Positions 31,545-42,666 of a stretch of DNA of 64,000 nucleotides are shown piece by piece. The position numbers and the translations under genes were made by a program. The notes under the pieces are model-generated. The model saw nothing but the letters and a program-made list of their open reading frames with translations. It did not search any database and was not told the origin of the DNA. How positions within the stretch are numbered: the stretch's first letter is position 1; each line of letters starts with the position of its first letter. Origin of the DNA: an uncultured delta proteobacterium (GTDB lineage Bacteria > Desulfobacterota > Binatia > UBA9968); NCBI GenBank assembly GCA_963760795.1, contig CAVXEP010000030.1:64001-128000 (forward strand), read 5' to 3'.

Positions 31545-32481
31545 ATGAGCGAATCCGACGTAATACCTGGAGATGCTTGGCCGAGTCTGCCATTGGACGC
31601 ATGGAGCGACACCTACGCAACGCTTCATCTTTGGACGCAGATAGTCGGCAAGATTCGTCTCGCTCAGACTCCCTGGACGAATCATTCCTGGCACGTAACT
31701 TTGTCCGTGACGGCAAGGGGCCTCACCACCGGTTCGATCCCGTATGGCACCAGAGCATTTCAAATTGACTTCGACTTTATCGCTCACCAGCTCAATATCC
31801 AGTGCGACGACGGGCGCGTCGCGGGTTTTCCACTCGAACCACAGTCGGTCGCGGTTTTCTATCGGCGGCTCAGAGCAGAAATGAAAAAGCTCGGCCTCGA
31901 GGTGAAGATTTACCCCAAACCCAACGAGGTCTCCGACGCCATTCCGTTCGATCAAGACGAAGCTCACGCTTCATATGACCCGGACTACGCCAGTCGCTTC
32001 TGGCGCGTGCTTTTGCAAAGCGATCGCATTTTTAAAATCTTTCGCGCACGCTTCGCCGGCAAGTGCAGTCCGGTGCATTACTTCTGGGGGGCTCCCGATT
32101 TGGCCGTCACGCGATTTTCCGGCCGGCTCGCTCCAGCGCATCCCGGCGGCGTTCCCAATCTTCCCGATCGCGTCGCTCGAGAGGCCTACTCGCACGAGGT
32201 CAGTAGCTGCGGCTTCTGGCCGGGCGGCGGCGCCATCGCCTATCCCGTATACTATTCCTACGCCTATCCGGAACCGGAAGGTTTTGCGCAAAGCCCCAAT
32301 CAAACCGGCGGCCGCGTTCTACAACACAGATCTCCGGGAATTCATTCTCCCCTACGATGAAGTCCGCAATGCAAACTCACCGGAAGATACGCTTCTCGAT
32401 TTTCTGCAGACAACCTACGAAGCAGCGGCCGATTTGGCGCACTGGGATCGCGCATCACTGGAAGGGCTTCGCTACCTATAG
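31545..32481 (+). CDS. DUF5996 family protein (frameshift ~32290)
   Basis: LHLWTQIVGKIRL, EAYSHEVSSCGFWPG; second frame continues EFILPYDEVR...QTTYEAAADLAHWDR. Confidence 0.82.
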
Positions 32482-32713
32482 CTAGGTGTTTCCATCACGG
32501 CCACCCCAAACACAAACCCTAACCTCGGATGGTTGTGTTCGCGGCACACAATTCCGTTCTTTGAGACAATGTAGAGATACGATTCGGGCTTTCACTAAGG
32601 TTTGACATCATTGGTGTTTTCCTACATGGAAGAGTTTGTAAAGACTCGTTCACGCAGGGTCCCGAGCGGGGAAAGCCTCATGGATCATGGAACAAAGAAT
32701 AAGGAGAAGTGAA

Positions 32714-33766
32714 ATGAATCAAAAGATAAATTTATCGAGCTCGATCGGATCCGCAACCTTTATGTGGGCGATTGCCTTGGCTCTCATTGTCTGCGGCGCT
32801 TCTGCCAGGTAAGGTTTTCGCGGCTGCAGCAGATTCTCTCGATCAACTTTATGAGAAAGCAAAAAAGGAAGGAAAGGTTACGCTTTATGCGCCGCTATCC
32901 CCTACGCGATGACGGTTATTCCGCCTGCGTTCATGAAGCGCTTTCCCGGCGTGACGGTCGATCATATCGACGCCACGAGCGATAAGCTGATCGCGCGAGT
33001 GCTCGCCGAGCAGAAGGGAGGACGCGTCATTGCCGACGTCATAAGCGGAGCGCTGACCTATTTGCCGCAGATTCTGGACCTGAAAATCGTCGAGCACGTC
33101 GTCATACCCGAGGCAGCGGCGTATCCGGCCCAGTTGAAAGGCGACCTTTGGGTGGCAACGGACACGCAATACTATATTGCCGGATGGAACACCAATCTCG
33201 TCAAGAAAGGCGACGAGCCAAAAAGTTACGAGGAACTCGCCAACGCTAAATGGAAAGATAACATCATGGGCGAGCCGCGCGATTACCAAATGCTGGTCGG
33301 ATTTGCCAAACGAAAATTCAATAGCGATGAAAAGGCGATCGATCTGTTCAAGAAAATCGCCGCCAATCAAGTGGAGTTTCATCGGGGCCATTCGCAGTTG
33401 ACCGAGTTCCTCATGGCCGGTCAGCGCGCCGTTTGCTTTACTTGCTACTCGCACCATTTTCCTGTGCGCATGAAAAAAGGCGCGCCGATTCAACCGCTAA
33501 TGACCGAAGGTGTGGGCGAAGTGGGCGGCTCTGTAATGGTAATGAAGGGAGCACCCCATCCAAACGCGGCACTACTCTACGTTCGTTGGGCCGTCAGTGA
33601 AGAAGGACAGAAGGCTTACGCTCAAGCGGGTGAAACTCCTGCTCATCCCAAAGTGGAACCCTTGGAAAAAATCCGGCCTACGACGCCTTACATGCTGACC
33701 ATCGACGACGTCAGAGAGTTTCCGAAGTATGAGAAAACGTGGAAGGAAATCTTTCAGATCCGCTGA
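32714..33766 (+). CDS. ABC extracellular solute-binding protein (two 5' frameshifts)
   Basis: AAGGAG + ATG 32714; LYEKAKKEGKVTLY in another frame; APHPNAALLY in 32909-33766. Confidence 0.82.
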
Positions 33767-34124
33767 AATTCGGGAGCGGCCTTCCAGCTGACCGGCCGCG
33801 GCAACATGCGAAAGAAAAGAATTTTCAACGCCGCTGACGGCGATCGGTAGGTGATCCCATACGACAAGGAAGAGAATAAAGCGTTTGCTAACAAGGCCCA
33901 GGGAATTATCAGATTGCGCTTACGCACGCAGTTGTCGAGAAGTGAAGATCTGACGCTGCGATCAGGATCAACGTCTGGAGCGATATCAAAGGTAAAGATT
34001 TAACCCTAGGTGCCGACGTTGATTGTGCTTGACGCTGCACATTGACTCTACTATCGTCCGAGCAAACGCAGCTATGGAAAGTTTCCGGCACTGCGGCGCA
34101 CACAAACCAACTTACCGGGGGTCC

Positions 34125-35126
34125 ATGATGTTCTGCCCGCGATCCCTATCCGGCAGCAAAAAATTGCCGGTTCTTGGATGCAGCTTTCTGCTGCTGATTG
34201 TTTTAGCCCTGCCGAGTTTTGCCGCGGATAAAGTCAGAGTGGCGTTCTCGGCGGTTTCGCCGACCCAAGGGGTGTTGTGGGTTGCGGACGTCGGAGGGCT
34301 TTTGACCAAGAACGGCATCAGCGCAGAAATTGTTTACACACGCGCGGCGATCGAAACCTTGGTGGCGGGCGAGGTTGATTTCGGCCAGATGACAGGCTCC
34401 CTCATGTCCTCCGCCAGGCTGCAAGGAGCCGATCCGGTGATGATTGCCGGCGTGCAAGACATCCTCGACGACCGGCTGGTGGCGCGTCCCAATATCAAAT
34501 CCATGGAAGATCTCAGGGGAAAACGGATTGGCGTTTTCCGCTTCGGCGCAGCCTCGCATTTGCGTTTGATCTACGTGCTGCCGCGCTACGGCTTGAGCGA
34601 GCGGGACGTCACGCTGCTCCAGGTCGGCGATAGTCCGGAACGACTGATGGCGATATCCGGCGGTTCCATCGACGCCACGCTTATCTCGCCTCCCGACCAT
34701 TTGGAAGCGCTGCGCGCCGGCATGAAGATCTTGCTCAATCTGCGCGATTTGAACATTGCGTATCAAGGCAGCGGGCTGGTCACGACCCAGCGGGTGCTGG
34801 CGCGCAAGCGCGATCTCGTGCGGCGTTTTCTCAAGTCCTACGTCGAGGCGATCCACCTGGTGAAGACCAATCCCAACATCTCCAAAAAGGCTTTCGCAAA
34901 ATACCGGCAAACCAAAGACGACAAGCGCGTCGACGACGCCTACCAAGCTCTGCGCGAGGTCGTCAAACCCAAGCCTTATCCGTCGATCGAGGGATTCAGG
35001 ACGATCATTAATGATGCCAGCGAACGGATACCCGCGGCGAAGACGGCGAACCCGAAGGATTTTATCGACGTGAGTTTGCTGGAAGAGTTGGACAAATCCG
35101 GATTTATCGATGCGCTCTATCGGTGA
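34125..35126 (+). CDS. NitT/TauT ABC substrate-binding protein
   Basis: Signal peptide; DLRGKRIGV, KPYPS, LDKSGFIDALY. Confidence 0.9.
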   Translation: MMFCPRSLSGSKKLPVLGCSFLLLIVLALPSFAADKVRVAFSAVSPTQGVLWVADVGGLLTKNGISAEIVYTRAAIETLVAGEVDFGQMTGSLMSSARLQGADPVMIAGVQDILDDRLVARPNIKSMEDLRGKRIGVFRFGAASHLRLIYVLPRYGLSERDVTLLQVGDSPERLMAISGGSIDATLISPPDHLEALRAGMKILLNLRDLNIAYQGSGLVTTQRVLARKRDLVRRFLKSYVEAIHLVKTNPNISKKAFAKYRQTKDDKRVDDAYQALREVVKPKPYPSIEGFRTIINDASERIPAAKTANPKDFIDVSLLEELDKSGFIDALYR

Positions 35127-35178
35127 CGGCACCAAGCCGCGATGCATAGCATGCTTGACTGCAGCGCGATCCTTTAGC

Positions 35179-36366
35179 TCAATTCCACAATTGTTTGGTC
35201 GCCAAGCGGGCGCCTTCTGCCAACGCGGCAAACTTTAGCCAGGCCACGCTGGGATGGGTATCGTTGAACCGCAGGGCGGAAGCGGCAAAGCCGCAGTCGG
35301 CGCCGGCGATGACGTTTTCGCGCCCGACCAGCTTGGCGAACCGCACGATCCGTTCGGCGACCAATTCCGGGTGTTCCACTAAATTTGTCGTGTGGCTGAT
35401 CACACCGGGTATGAGGATTTTTTCGGCGGGCAGCTTGACCCGCTCAAAGACATGGTATTCATGTTCGTGCCGCGGGTTGGCCGCTTCGAACGAATAGGCG
35501 CCGGCGTTGATCTTCAGAAGGATGTCGACGATATCCCTCAAGTCCATTTCGTGAATGCGCGGACCGACATCGATCGAGTAGCAGGTGTGAAAGCGGACCT
35601 TCTCGGGCGCGATGCCGCGCAGCGAGTAGTTGATCGCTTCGACACGCTTTTCCGCCCACTTCCGGCAGTCTTCGATGCTTAACTCCGGATGCATCATATA
35701 GTAGGTGACCAGGCGCGGATCGTCGATCTGGAGAACAAATCCGGCGTCGACAATCGCTTGGTATTCTTCGCGCAGCGCGTCGGACACCGCCAGCTCGTAC
35801 TCCTCGAGGGTGCGGTAGTATTCATTGGCAAACGTAGACGCGACATAGGACGAAGCGATCGCTGGAACAAACACGTCCTCATGAGCGCGGCCGGCAACCG
35901 CCGCTTTGAGATTGGCGATATCGGTCTGGACCGCCGCCCGGCCTTTATAGCTGACCGGCCCGGTGCAGATATCGGCGTCACTGCCGCGCCCGCTGCGCCC
36001 GCCAAACGGTGCGGCGATGCGCTCGGACCAGGCGTAGTAGTCGGGAAAAGCGAGATACTCCCGGCCCGCCGAGCGCGGCCGCATCTCCTTGCCCGGAGCG
36101 GGCGGCTTGCGCTCGAAGCCGTTGAATCGTTCGATGACATAAGTGAAGAAGCCCGATTTGCCCTGCTCGCCGTCAGTGACGATATCGACGCCCGCTTCGA
36201 CCTGCTGCCGTACCACGCACGCGACCGCCTCACACACCTGCCGCGCAAGCTCTTCGCGGTCATAGGGCTGACCTTGTTCCTTGAGTCGAAGCAGCGACAA
36301 CAGGCCGTCTGTTCGGGCCAGGCTACCCACGTGGGTCGTGAGAATTCTTTGCGTGCTGTGCTTCAT
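35179..36366 (-). CDS. Cobalamin-independent methionine synthase II family protein
   Basis: ILTTHVGSL, VTDGEQ, FHTCY, FEAANPRHEHE, ADCGF. Confidence 0.9.
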   Translation of the reverse strand: MKHSTQRILTTHVGSLARTDGLLSLLRLKEQGQPYDREELARQVCEAVACVVRQQVEAGVDIVTDGEQGKSGFFTYVIERFNGFERKPPAPGKEMRPRSAGREYLAFPDYYAWSERIAAPFGGRSGRGSDADICTGPVSYKGRAAVQTDIANLKAAVAGRAHEDVFVPAIASSYVASTFANEYYRTLEEYELAVSDALREEYQAIVDAGFVLQIDDPRLVTYYMMHPELSIEDCRKWAEKRVEAINYSLRGIAPEKVRFHTCYSIDVGPRIHEMDLRDIVDILLKINAGAYSFEAANPRHEHEYHVFERVKLPAEKILIPGVISHTTNLVEHPELVAERIVRFAKLVGRENVIAGADCGFAASALRFNDTHPSVAWLKFAALAEGARLATKQLWN

Positions 36367-36705
36367 GGTATTTCCCTTTTCTTGGTTGGCTGAGGCTGAA
36401 ACCGCGCACCGTCGCCGCCGGACATTTGCGCTGGAACTTAGCCGCATAGGCTAGGTTGTGTCAACTCGCAATCGAGAATGGTTTGCAGAGCAATGGAGCC
36501 TGCTCGGAACAGTGCACCGGGCGCAGGCTTTGCTCATTTGCTTAACGCTCTCAAGCCTCAAACGCACTCCGCTACTTCAACGAGATGTCCGTGGCGAAAA
36601 CAGACGGGCCGCAGCTGTCCAACGGCTTTTGTTAACTTGACGACTTCGGCCTAGGCGGGCGATTACACCCGCAGATCGCGTGGGCGACGTTACGTGTCCT
36701 GCGCG

Positions 36706-36891
36706 AGGGCGCGGCGATGGCGACCAAAAAGTTGTCGAACTGGAAGCAAGAACGGGGCTGGACGATTGTTAAGATTGAATGGCCTAAGCCCAGTTTTTTT
36801 CCACCCATTCAGTTGATCACGTCAGTCCTCTTATCCCGCTGCGCCAGCTTGGTTTTCAAATGGTATAAGTTAACGGCTTGACCATCTCGGC
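36706..36891 (+). repeat. ~185-bp repeat family member
   Basis: Aligns to 37311-37495; 5' part also at 43518-43632 and 57824-57980. Confidence 0.85.
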
Positions 36892-36957
36892 CTTCCACTC
36901 GGCTTTCAAGACCTGACATTGAAGAGTTGCTAGCCGGAGCCGACTTGCCGTTCCTCA

Positions 36958-37125
36958 TCACTTCGCCTCACTGATTTCGAATCCCAAGCTGCGTAGCAAC
37001 GTGACTGTTTCTTCTTCGGTCAGGGTGCGCCCAACATTCTCGTGCGCTCTGATCAGATGCGGCATCATCTCGGGCTTGAGCACCATCCAAGCCGGCACCT
37101 TGGCAATTGTGACACCCTCTTCCAT
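36958..37125 (-). CDS. Small hypothetical protein (55 aa, below ORF-track cutoff)
   Basis: GGAGGT RBS; MEEGVTIAKVPAWMVLKPEMMPHLIRAHENVGRTLTEEETVTLLRSLGFEISEAK*. Confidence 0.6.
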   Translation of the reverse strand: MEEGVTIAKVPAWMVLKPEMMPHLIRAHENVGRTLTEEETVTLLRSLGFEISEAK

Positions 37126-37310
37126 TTTCGCACCTCCGATCTCGGCCCAACCGATAAACTTTCCATTTGTCGCACGGCTAAGTGTTTAAACTCAGCGCTA
37201 AATGGCTTCTGCTTTCCGATCAAACGCCTCTCCCGGACTCTTAGGCCGTTTCATGGTGTCCGTCAAATCCGGGCTACCTCAGATCTTTGGTTTTGCTTTT
37301 AGATCGACAT

Positions 37311-37495
37311 AGGGCGCGGCAATCGCGAGCAAACAGTGTGGAGCTGAGAGCAAGAAAGGAGCTGGACGATTGTCGAGATTGAAAGGCCTGGGCGCAGATT
37401 TTTACCACCCATTCAGTTGATCATGTCAGTCCCTTTATTCCGGTGCGCCGGCTTGGTTTTCAAATGGTATAAATTAAAGGCTAGACCCTCTCGGC
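37311..37495 (+). repeat. ~185-bp repeat family member
   Basis: Aligns to 36706-36891. Confidence 0.85.
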
Positions 37496-37517
37496 TCTGT
37501 TTCGCCCTTGACCTCAC

Positions 37518-37901
37518 CTATTCGGGTTTGCAGGCCGTAACGGTTATTTCCACAAGCAGTTCGGGGAAGTTCAACATCGCTGCCACCGTGGTCCGGGCTG
37601 GTTTGTTGGTCGGGAAAAACTTGGCGTATTCTTCATTGTAAGCTGCAAGGTCCTCACGTTTGGTCAGATGCGTCAATACCGTCAGAACATTGTCGAGAGA
37701 GGTACCCGCGGTTTCCAAAATCATCTTGATACGTTCGATGGCGTACCGAGTCTGCTCGCGAATGTCTCTGCCGACCTCCCCGGTAATTGGGTGCCGGCCG
37801 GTCTGACCGGCCACGAACACCAGATTGCCAAAACATGTGGCTGGGGAGAGGTTCGGATTCCCCGCAGCAAGATTCACCTGAACAATTTCTTTCTTAGCCA
37901 T
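37518..37901 (-). CDS. RidA/YjgF family protein
   Basis: VFVAGQ, AGTSLDNV, KPARTTV, LVEI. Confidence 0.92.
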   Translation of the reverse strand: MAKKEIVQVNLAAGNPNLSPATCFGNLVFVAGQTGRHPITGEVGRDIREQTRYAIERIKMILETAGTSLDNVLTVLTHLTKREDLAAYNEEYAKFFPTNKPARTTVAAMLNFPELLVEITVTACKPE

Positions 37902-38178
37902 CGGATCTCCTTCAAGAGAAACGCTTCTAATCTTGATGGGTCGGAAAATAGCGCCGGGAGTCTTTTTGCTGTCCGATACTAACAGCAAATTTTTCCGACC
38001 GGTAATCAGAAACGCCAAGATTCAATACTTAACTTGGATTTCCCCTCAAGACGCACCGCAAGCGCAGACGGCTTGTGTTTGAATCCTGCAATGCGTTACA
38101 AGGCGAACCATGGAGAGTAATCCATGAACCGTTTGTTGCTAGTGACGGTCGCGCCGCCGCGCTGAGGGAAGGTCTGCT

Positions 38179-39237
38179 ATGGGAGCGAAACACTTGATCA
38201 TGCGCTTTTGCTTCACGGTAGTTGCGGTTTTAGCCGCTCTTGCCGACGGCGCTTTGGCGCAGGCTCCCTTTTATCAAGGTAAGACCTTAGTGATTGTCGT
38301 GGGCACCGCCCCCGGAGGAGCGGGAGACCACCGCACAAGGGCCCTGGTTCCTTCTTTGCGGAAATACATCCCCGGAAATCCGACGATCGTGCTCGAGCAC
38401 AAGGCCGGCGGTGGCGGTCGACAGGCAGCCAATCATGTCTACCAGGTCGCGAAGCCGGACGGATTGACCTTAGGAGCCTTGAGCGGCAGCATCGTCGCGC
38501 TAAACGTCCTCGGCGCGACCGGTGTCATGTACGACATCGACAAGTTTATCTACCTCGGTGCGTCCGAAAGCACGTCGCATCAGATCCTGTACACAAGAAA
38601 GGAACTTGCTCTGACCAATCCCGAGAAGCTTCGAGCGGCTTCCGGCATCAGGATCGGCGCCCAGGCGGTAGGACACCCAAACTATATAGCTGGGCGGCTT
38701 TTTGCCTATTTTCTCGGTTTCAAGGAACCGAAGTTTATCGTCGGCTACACAACTCCGGAGATCGAGGTAGCTCTATTACGCGGGGAGCTCGATGGCAGGG
38801 CGAATAATGTCGCACAGCTACTACACCGCAACCCGGATTGGGTGGAGAAAAGCGTGATGAATATCCATGCTATGTTGGAGATTCCGAAAGGAGCCAAGCA
38901 TCCGCGCTTCGGTCGCGTCCCCGAGATCGAAAGTTTTGCAAAATCTGAAAATGAGGCCAAGCTCCTCACTATGTACCGGACCTTGAGACTTGTCGGCGTG
39001 CCTTACGCTTTGCCCCCGGGAACGCCGAAGGACAGGGTCATGATTCTCCAGGATGCCATGCGCAAGGCTTTCAAAGACGCCGATTTTCACCGCGAATACG
39101 AAAAGCTTACCGGGGAAGAACCCGATCCGCTCATGCCGGAAGAGATGGAGAAAGCGATCAGGGAAATGCCGCGTGACGCCGAGGTGATCGATCTGCTAAA
39201 AAAACTTTCCGGCGAGGGCTCGCTTCCCGCGCGATAA
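38179..39237 (+). CDS. TctC/Bug substrate-binding protein
   Basis: AQAPFYQGK, KYIPGNPT; close paralog of 19554-20693. Confidence 0.9.
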   Translation: MGAKHLIMRFCFTVVAVLAALADGALAQAPFYQGKTLVIVVGTAPGGAGDHRTRALVPSLRKYIPGNPTIVLEHKAGGGGRQAANHVYQVAKPDGLTLGALSGSIVALNVLGATGVMYDIDKFIYLGASESTSHQILYTRKELALTNPEKLRAASGIRIGAQAVGHPNYIAGRLFAYFLGFKEPKFIVGYTTPEIEVALLRGELDGRANNVAQLLHRNPDWVEKSVMNIHAMLEIPKGAKHPRFGRVPEIESFAKSENEAKLLTMYRTLRLVGVPYALPPGTPKDRVMILQDAMRKAFKDADFHREYEKLTGEEPDPLMPEEMEKAIREMPRDAEVIDLLKKLSGEGSLPAR

Positions 39238-39461
39238 TGTGGCCCTCACAGTGCAGCCTTTTTCCGGACGTGACCGGCACGCTGAACTTTGAACGTTGAA
39301 CCTCGAACAGGCTAAAAGGCATCTGGTCGCCCCGCGAAGACAGCGGATCATTGACGCAACAAACACTCCTATATCGACGAGAAATGCGTCTTCTATGAAG
39401 CGGAAAAGAAATGCGTGGAATGGGACAAGTTGATACAGCATCGGGACGGGAGGAACTCGCT

Positions 39462-40439
39462 ATGATCCGATTCGCGTCCGTAATTTGCACCATAGTTTGG
39501 CTTCTCGTCTACTCAACCGGCGTTGTGCGCGGCGCGGAGCGGAGCCGGGATCAGCCGCAAACAGTCCGGATTGCCTATGTCTCCCCGGTAACCACGATGG
39601 CGCCGATCTGGATCGCCAGCGAGATCGGCGCCTACCAGCGCGAGGGCCTGGACGCAAGGATCATCTACATCGACGCTAGAGTCGCCGTGGCCGCGCTGGT
39701 CGCGGGCGAGGTGGACACCGTAGTGATCTCCGCGCCGTCCGTGATACCGCCCGTCTTGAGCGGGGCCAACATCGCTTTTATCGCCGGGCTCCACAACAAG
39801 ATGATCTTCTCCTTCCATGCGCAGCCCGACATCCAGAGCCCAGCCCAACTTCGCGGCAAGATCGTCGGTTCCAATCGGCCGGGAACACCGGCCGATTACG
39901 GCAACCGAGTCGCGCTGACAAAAATGGGCTTGAAGCCCACCGACGTGCAACTCCTGCCGCTGGGAAGTTCGGCAGTCATGTGGCAGGCACTGCAAACGCG
40001 CCAGGTCGCCGGCGTGACGCTGGCTCCGCCTTACAGCTTTAGGGCGGACGCTGAAAAATTTTCACGCCTGATCGATACCTACGATAAACCCTACCAGAAC
40101 ACCGGCGTTGTGGTTCGCAGAGACCGAATCCATTCCATGGCCGACACGTGGCTGCGCTTGCTGAGAGCCCTGCGCCAGGCAAATCTACGCTGGTACGAAG
40201 ATCCGAAGCTCGCCATGTTCGTGCTGAAGAAGTACACCCAGCAATCCGATCCCGACGTGCTCCAGAAAACCTACGATTTTGAGACCAACCCACCGGGCTT
40301 TACCAAGGATCTCAAGGTATCCGACGCCGGCCTTCAAGGCATCCTCGATTTTCTATCAGCGACCGTTCGCCCGGAGGCGGCAAAAGCTTCGCCAAAAGAA
40401 TTCTACGATACAACCATATGGGACCGGCTGGAAAAATAA
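39462..40439 (+). CDS. NitT/TauT ABC substrate-binding protein
   Basis: APIWIA, REGLD, QLRGKIVG; GGAGG RBS. Confidence 0.88.
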   Translation: MIRFASVICTIVWLLVYSTGVVRGAERSRDQPQTVRIAYVSPVTTMAPIWIASEIGAYQREGLDARIIYIDARVAVAALVAGEVDTVVISAPSVIPPVLSGANIAFIAGLHNKMIFSFHAQPDIQSPAQLRGKIVGSNRPGTPADYGNRVALTKMGLKPTDVQLLPLGSSAVMWQALQTRQVAGVTLAPPYSFRADAEKFSRLIDTYDKPYQNTGVVVRRDRIHSMADTWLRLLRALRQANLRWYEDPKLAMFVLKKYTQQSDPDVLQKTYDFETNPPGFTKDLKVSDAGLQGILDFLSATVRPEAAKASPKEFYDTTIWDRLEK

Positions 40440-40588
40440 ACGATTTAAAAGGCGGTAACCCGCTGCCTGAGGATGGTTCAGAATCCGTTCTGATGCATGG
40501 TCATGAGCAAAAGCCACAGTGTCAGCCATTGATTGTTTGCTTATGGTCAAAGACTAGCCCAAACGTTATTGCCCGAAGGTAATAAACA

Positions 40589-41659
40589 ATGAAGATCAAA
40601 GCAGTGATTCGGATCGTTATTCCAGCCCTATTTATGGCGGTGACGCTTTCACCTATTCATGCACAAACAGCAGGGGAAATTCTCAAAGCTTACGACGCTT
40701 TAAAAAAGCCGGAGCGAAAAAACCGGCTTATCGAAGGAGCGAAGAAAGAAGCGCGGCTCGTCGTTTACGGTACACTAGGCATCGATGCGGCTCGGCCGAT
40801 GCTGGAAAAGTTCCGTCAAGCCCACCCGTATATCTCGATCGGCCACTATCGCTCGGGCTCAACCGGTGTCTATAACCGGGTGGTCAACGAAGGACGGGCG
40901 GCAAAACAGGAAGTGGATATCATCGAGCTGTCAGCCGGGCCGGTTGCCGATCTCATTCGCGGCGGCTTTGTCGATCCTTATCGCTCCCCGGAAACAGACG
41001 CGATGCGTCCCGAATTCATCGATCCGCGACATCTCTGGAGCGCGTACCATTACCTGGTCGTGGGGCTCGCCTACAACAAGAACCTGGTCAAAACCAGCGA
41101 GGTGCCGAAGACCTATCAAGATCTTCTGCTGCCGCGCTGGCGCGGCCGCAAGATGTCCCTCGAGAAAGACGCCGGCGATGTCTTCGGCGGGTTACTCGAC
41201 AGTTGGGGAGAAAAACAAGGAATCGAGTACTTCCGCAGGTTGGCCAAACAGGATGTTCTGATTCGCAGCGGCTATACGCTCCAGGCGCAGCTCCTCGCCG
41301 CCGGAGAAGTTGAACTCGTGCCGTGGTCTCACTCGCAAAGGCCGCTGTTGATGGCCGATTCCGGAGCGCCACTGGGCATCGGATTTTTGGAACCGGTACT
41401 CTCCAAAGCCCAAGTGCTGTTGCTGGCGCGTCGCGCGCCTCATCCGCACGCCGCGGCGCTTTTCATCGACTGGGCCCTCTCGGAGGAGGGTCAGGCATTT
41501 GTCGGCATCGACATCGTGCGCAGCCCTGTGCGAATTGGCCAAAAGCAGAAATATGTAGAACTGGGGCGACCGAAAACCAAAGTCATCACACCGGAATTTC
41601 TCGGCCAAAACTACGAACGCTACACAAAATTGTATCACGAGATTTTCAACACCCAATGA
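40589..41659 (+). CDS. ABC extracellular solute-binding protein
   Basis: Signal peptide; GAKKEARL, APHPHAAALFIDW. Confidence 0.9.
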   Translation: MKIKAVIRIVIPALFMAVTLSPIHAQTAGEILKAYDALKKPERKNRLIEGAKKEARLVVYGTLGIDAARPMLEKFRQAHPYISIGHYRSGSTGVYNRVVNEGRAAKQEVDIIELSAGPVADLIRGGFVDPYRSPETDAMRPEFIDPRHLWSAYHYLVVGLAYNKNLVKTSEVPKTYQDLLLPRWRGRKMSLEKDAGDVFGGLLDSWGEKQGIEYFRRLAKQDVLIRSGYTLQAQLLAAGEVELVPWSHSQRPLLMADSGAPLGIGFLEPVLSKAQVLLLARRAPHPHAAALFIDWALSEEGQAFVGIDIVRSPVRIGQKQKYVELGRPKTKVITPEFLGQNYERYTKLYHEIFNTQ

Positions 41660-41811
41660 TGCGTGCCGTGAAAGCCAAAAAAATCCAGGAGTTCAAATCA
41701 TTCCAGCCATTCAAAACGACTAAAGCCGATGAGCACGTTCAATGTTCAAATTGAAAATGCCTTGCTTCTGATTTTTTACTTGAATGCGCGCCATGTGCCT
41801 GCGCTGCCATG

Positions 41812-42666
41812 TCACATCCGCAGTTTCTTGATCAGATAAGCCGTGGCCTTCAGGAAGGTGATAAACGCGCCTAACGTCAATGTCGCGGGAAGAGCGACGA
41901 AAAAAATCTGTCCTAGTGCGGCGGCAGGTGTCGGTCCCGTAGTCGCGCCGCCGACAACCGCCGCCGCGACAAGAGCTAACGACACGACCGCCGAAATTGC
42001 ATAGATGCCGATGGCCCTGCGCAGAATGGGAGCGGAATGGGATAGCCCGAAGCGGCCGACCTCGAAGCCGCACCACAGCATGACCGGGGTAGTGCAAATG
42101 GCAGCCAGTACGAAGGCTTGCAGGATCGAGTACAGGTGCGGGGTCGAAGCAGAGCCATTTCTCACTGCATAGAGCCAGGCGAGAGCGGGAGCGCATATCG
42201 CTGCCAAAAAGCCTGCAAGTAGCAGCGACTTTGCGATGAAAGGAACAGCCGGTCGTCCTCGCGAGGCTGTGGGGGTTTTTAGGATTTTGTCGATTTGATC
42301 CAGGATCACTGTGAACTTCGGGTCGTCGGCCCGACCGGACCACGAAGATAGATCGAAAGTTTGCAACCCGCCGAATCCGAGCGGCAGATCGGTGTCATCC
42401 ATGCGAATCGGCAGCAATATGCCTCGCGACACTGCGCGCTCCGATTCATCGATGACATATCGACTCTGTTTCGAGCGCGCCGACCAAACAACGATCGCTA
42501 CCTGAGCGAGCGTCAGCCGCGCAAGAATCTGATCGCGGTAGGGACCGGCATCGAGATCGCGGTCAAACCAGACATCATGACCCGCCAAGGTTAGGCTCCC
42601 GGCGAGGCGGTCAACAAAATTGCGATCGTTGCTCGCGTAACTGATGAATAGCTGGGCCACGTTCAC
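41812..42666 (-). CDS. TIR domain protein with about 4 C-terminal TM helices
   Basis: LFISYAS, VWFDRD, IVVWSARSKQSRYVIDE, LPLGFG; four hydrophobic segments. Confidence 0.88.
   Translation of the reverse strand: MNVAQLFISYASNDRNFVDRLAGSLTLAGHDVWFDRDLDAGPYRDQILARLTLAQVAIVVWSARSKQSRYVIDESERAVSRGILLPIRMDDTDLPLGFGGLQTFDLSSWSGRADDPKFTVILDQIDKILKTPTASRGRPAVPFIAKSLLLAGFLAAICAPALAWLYAVRNGSASTPHLYSILQAFVLAAICTTPVMLWCGFEVGRFGLSHSAPILRRAIGIYAISAVVSLALVAAAVVGGATTGPTPAAALGQIFFVALPATLTLGAFITFLKATAYLIKKLRM

Noticed and set aside
32280-32300. Programmed frameshifting in split genes
   Set aside because: No canonical slippery heptamer or stimulator; many unrelated genes are affected
39284-39310. TTGAAC heptamer-like repeats
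   Set aside because: Only 3-4 degenerate units; too weak to interpret
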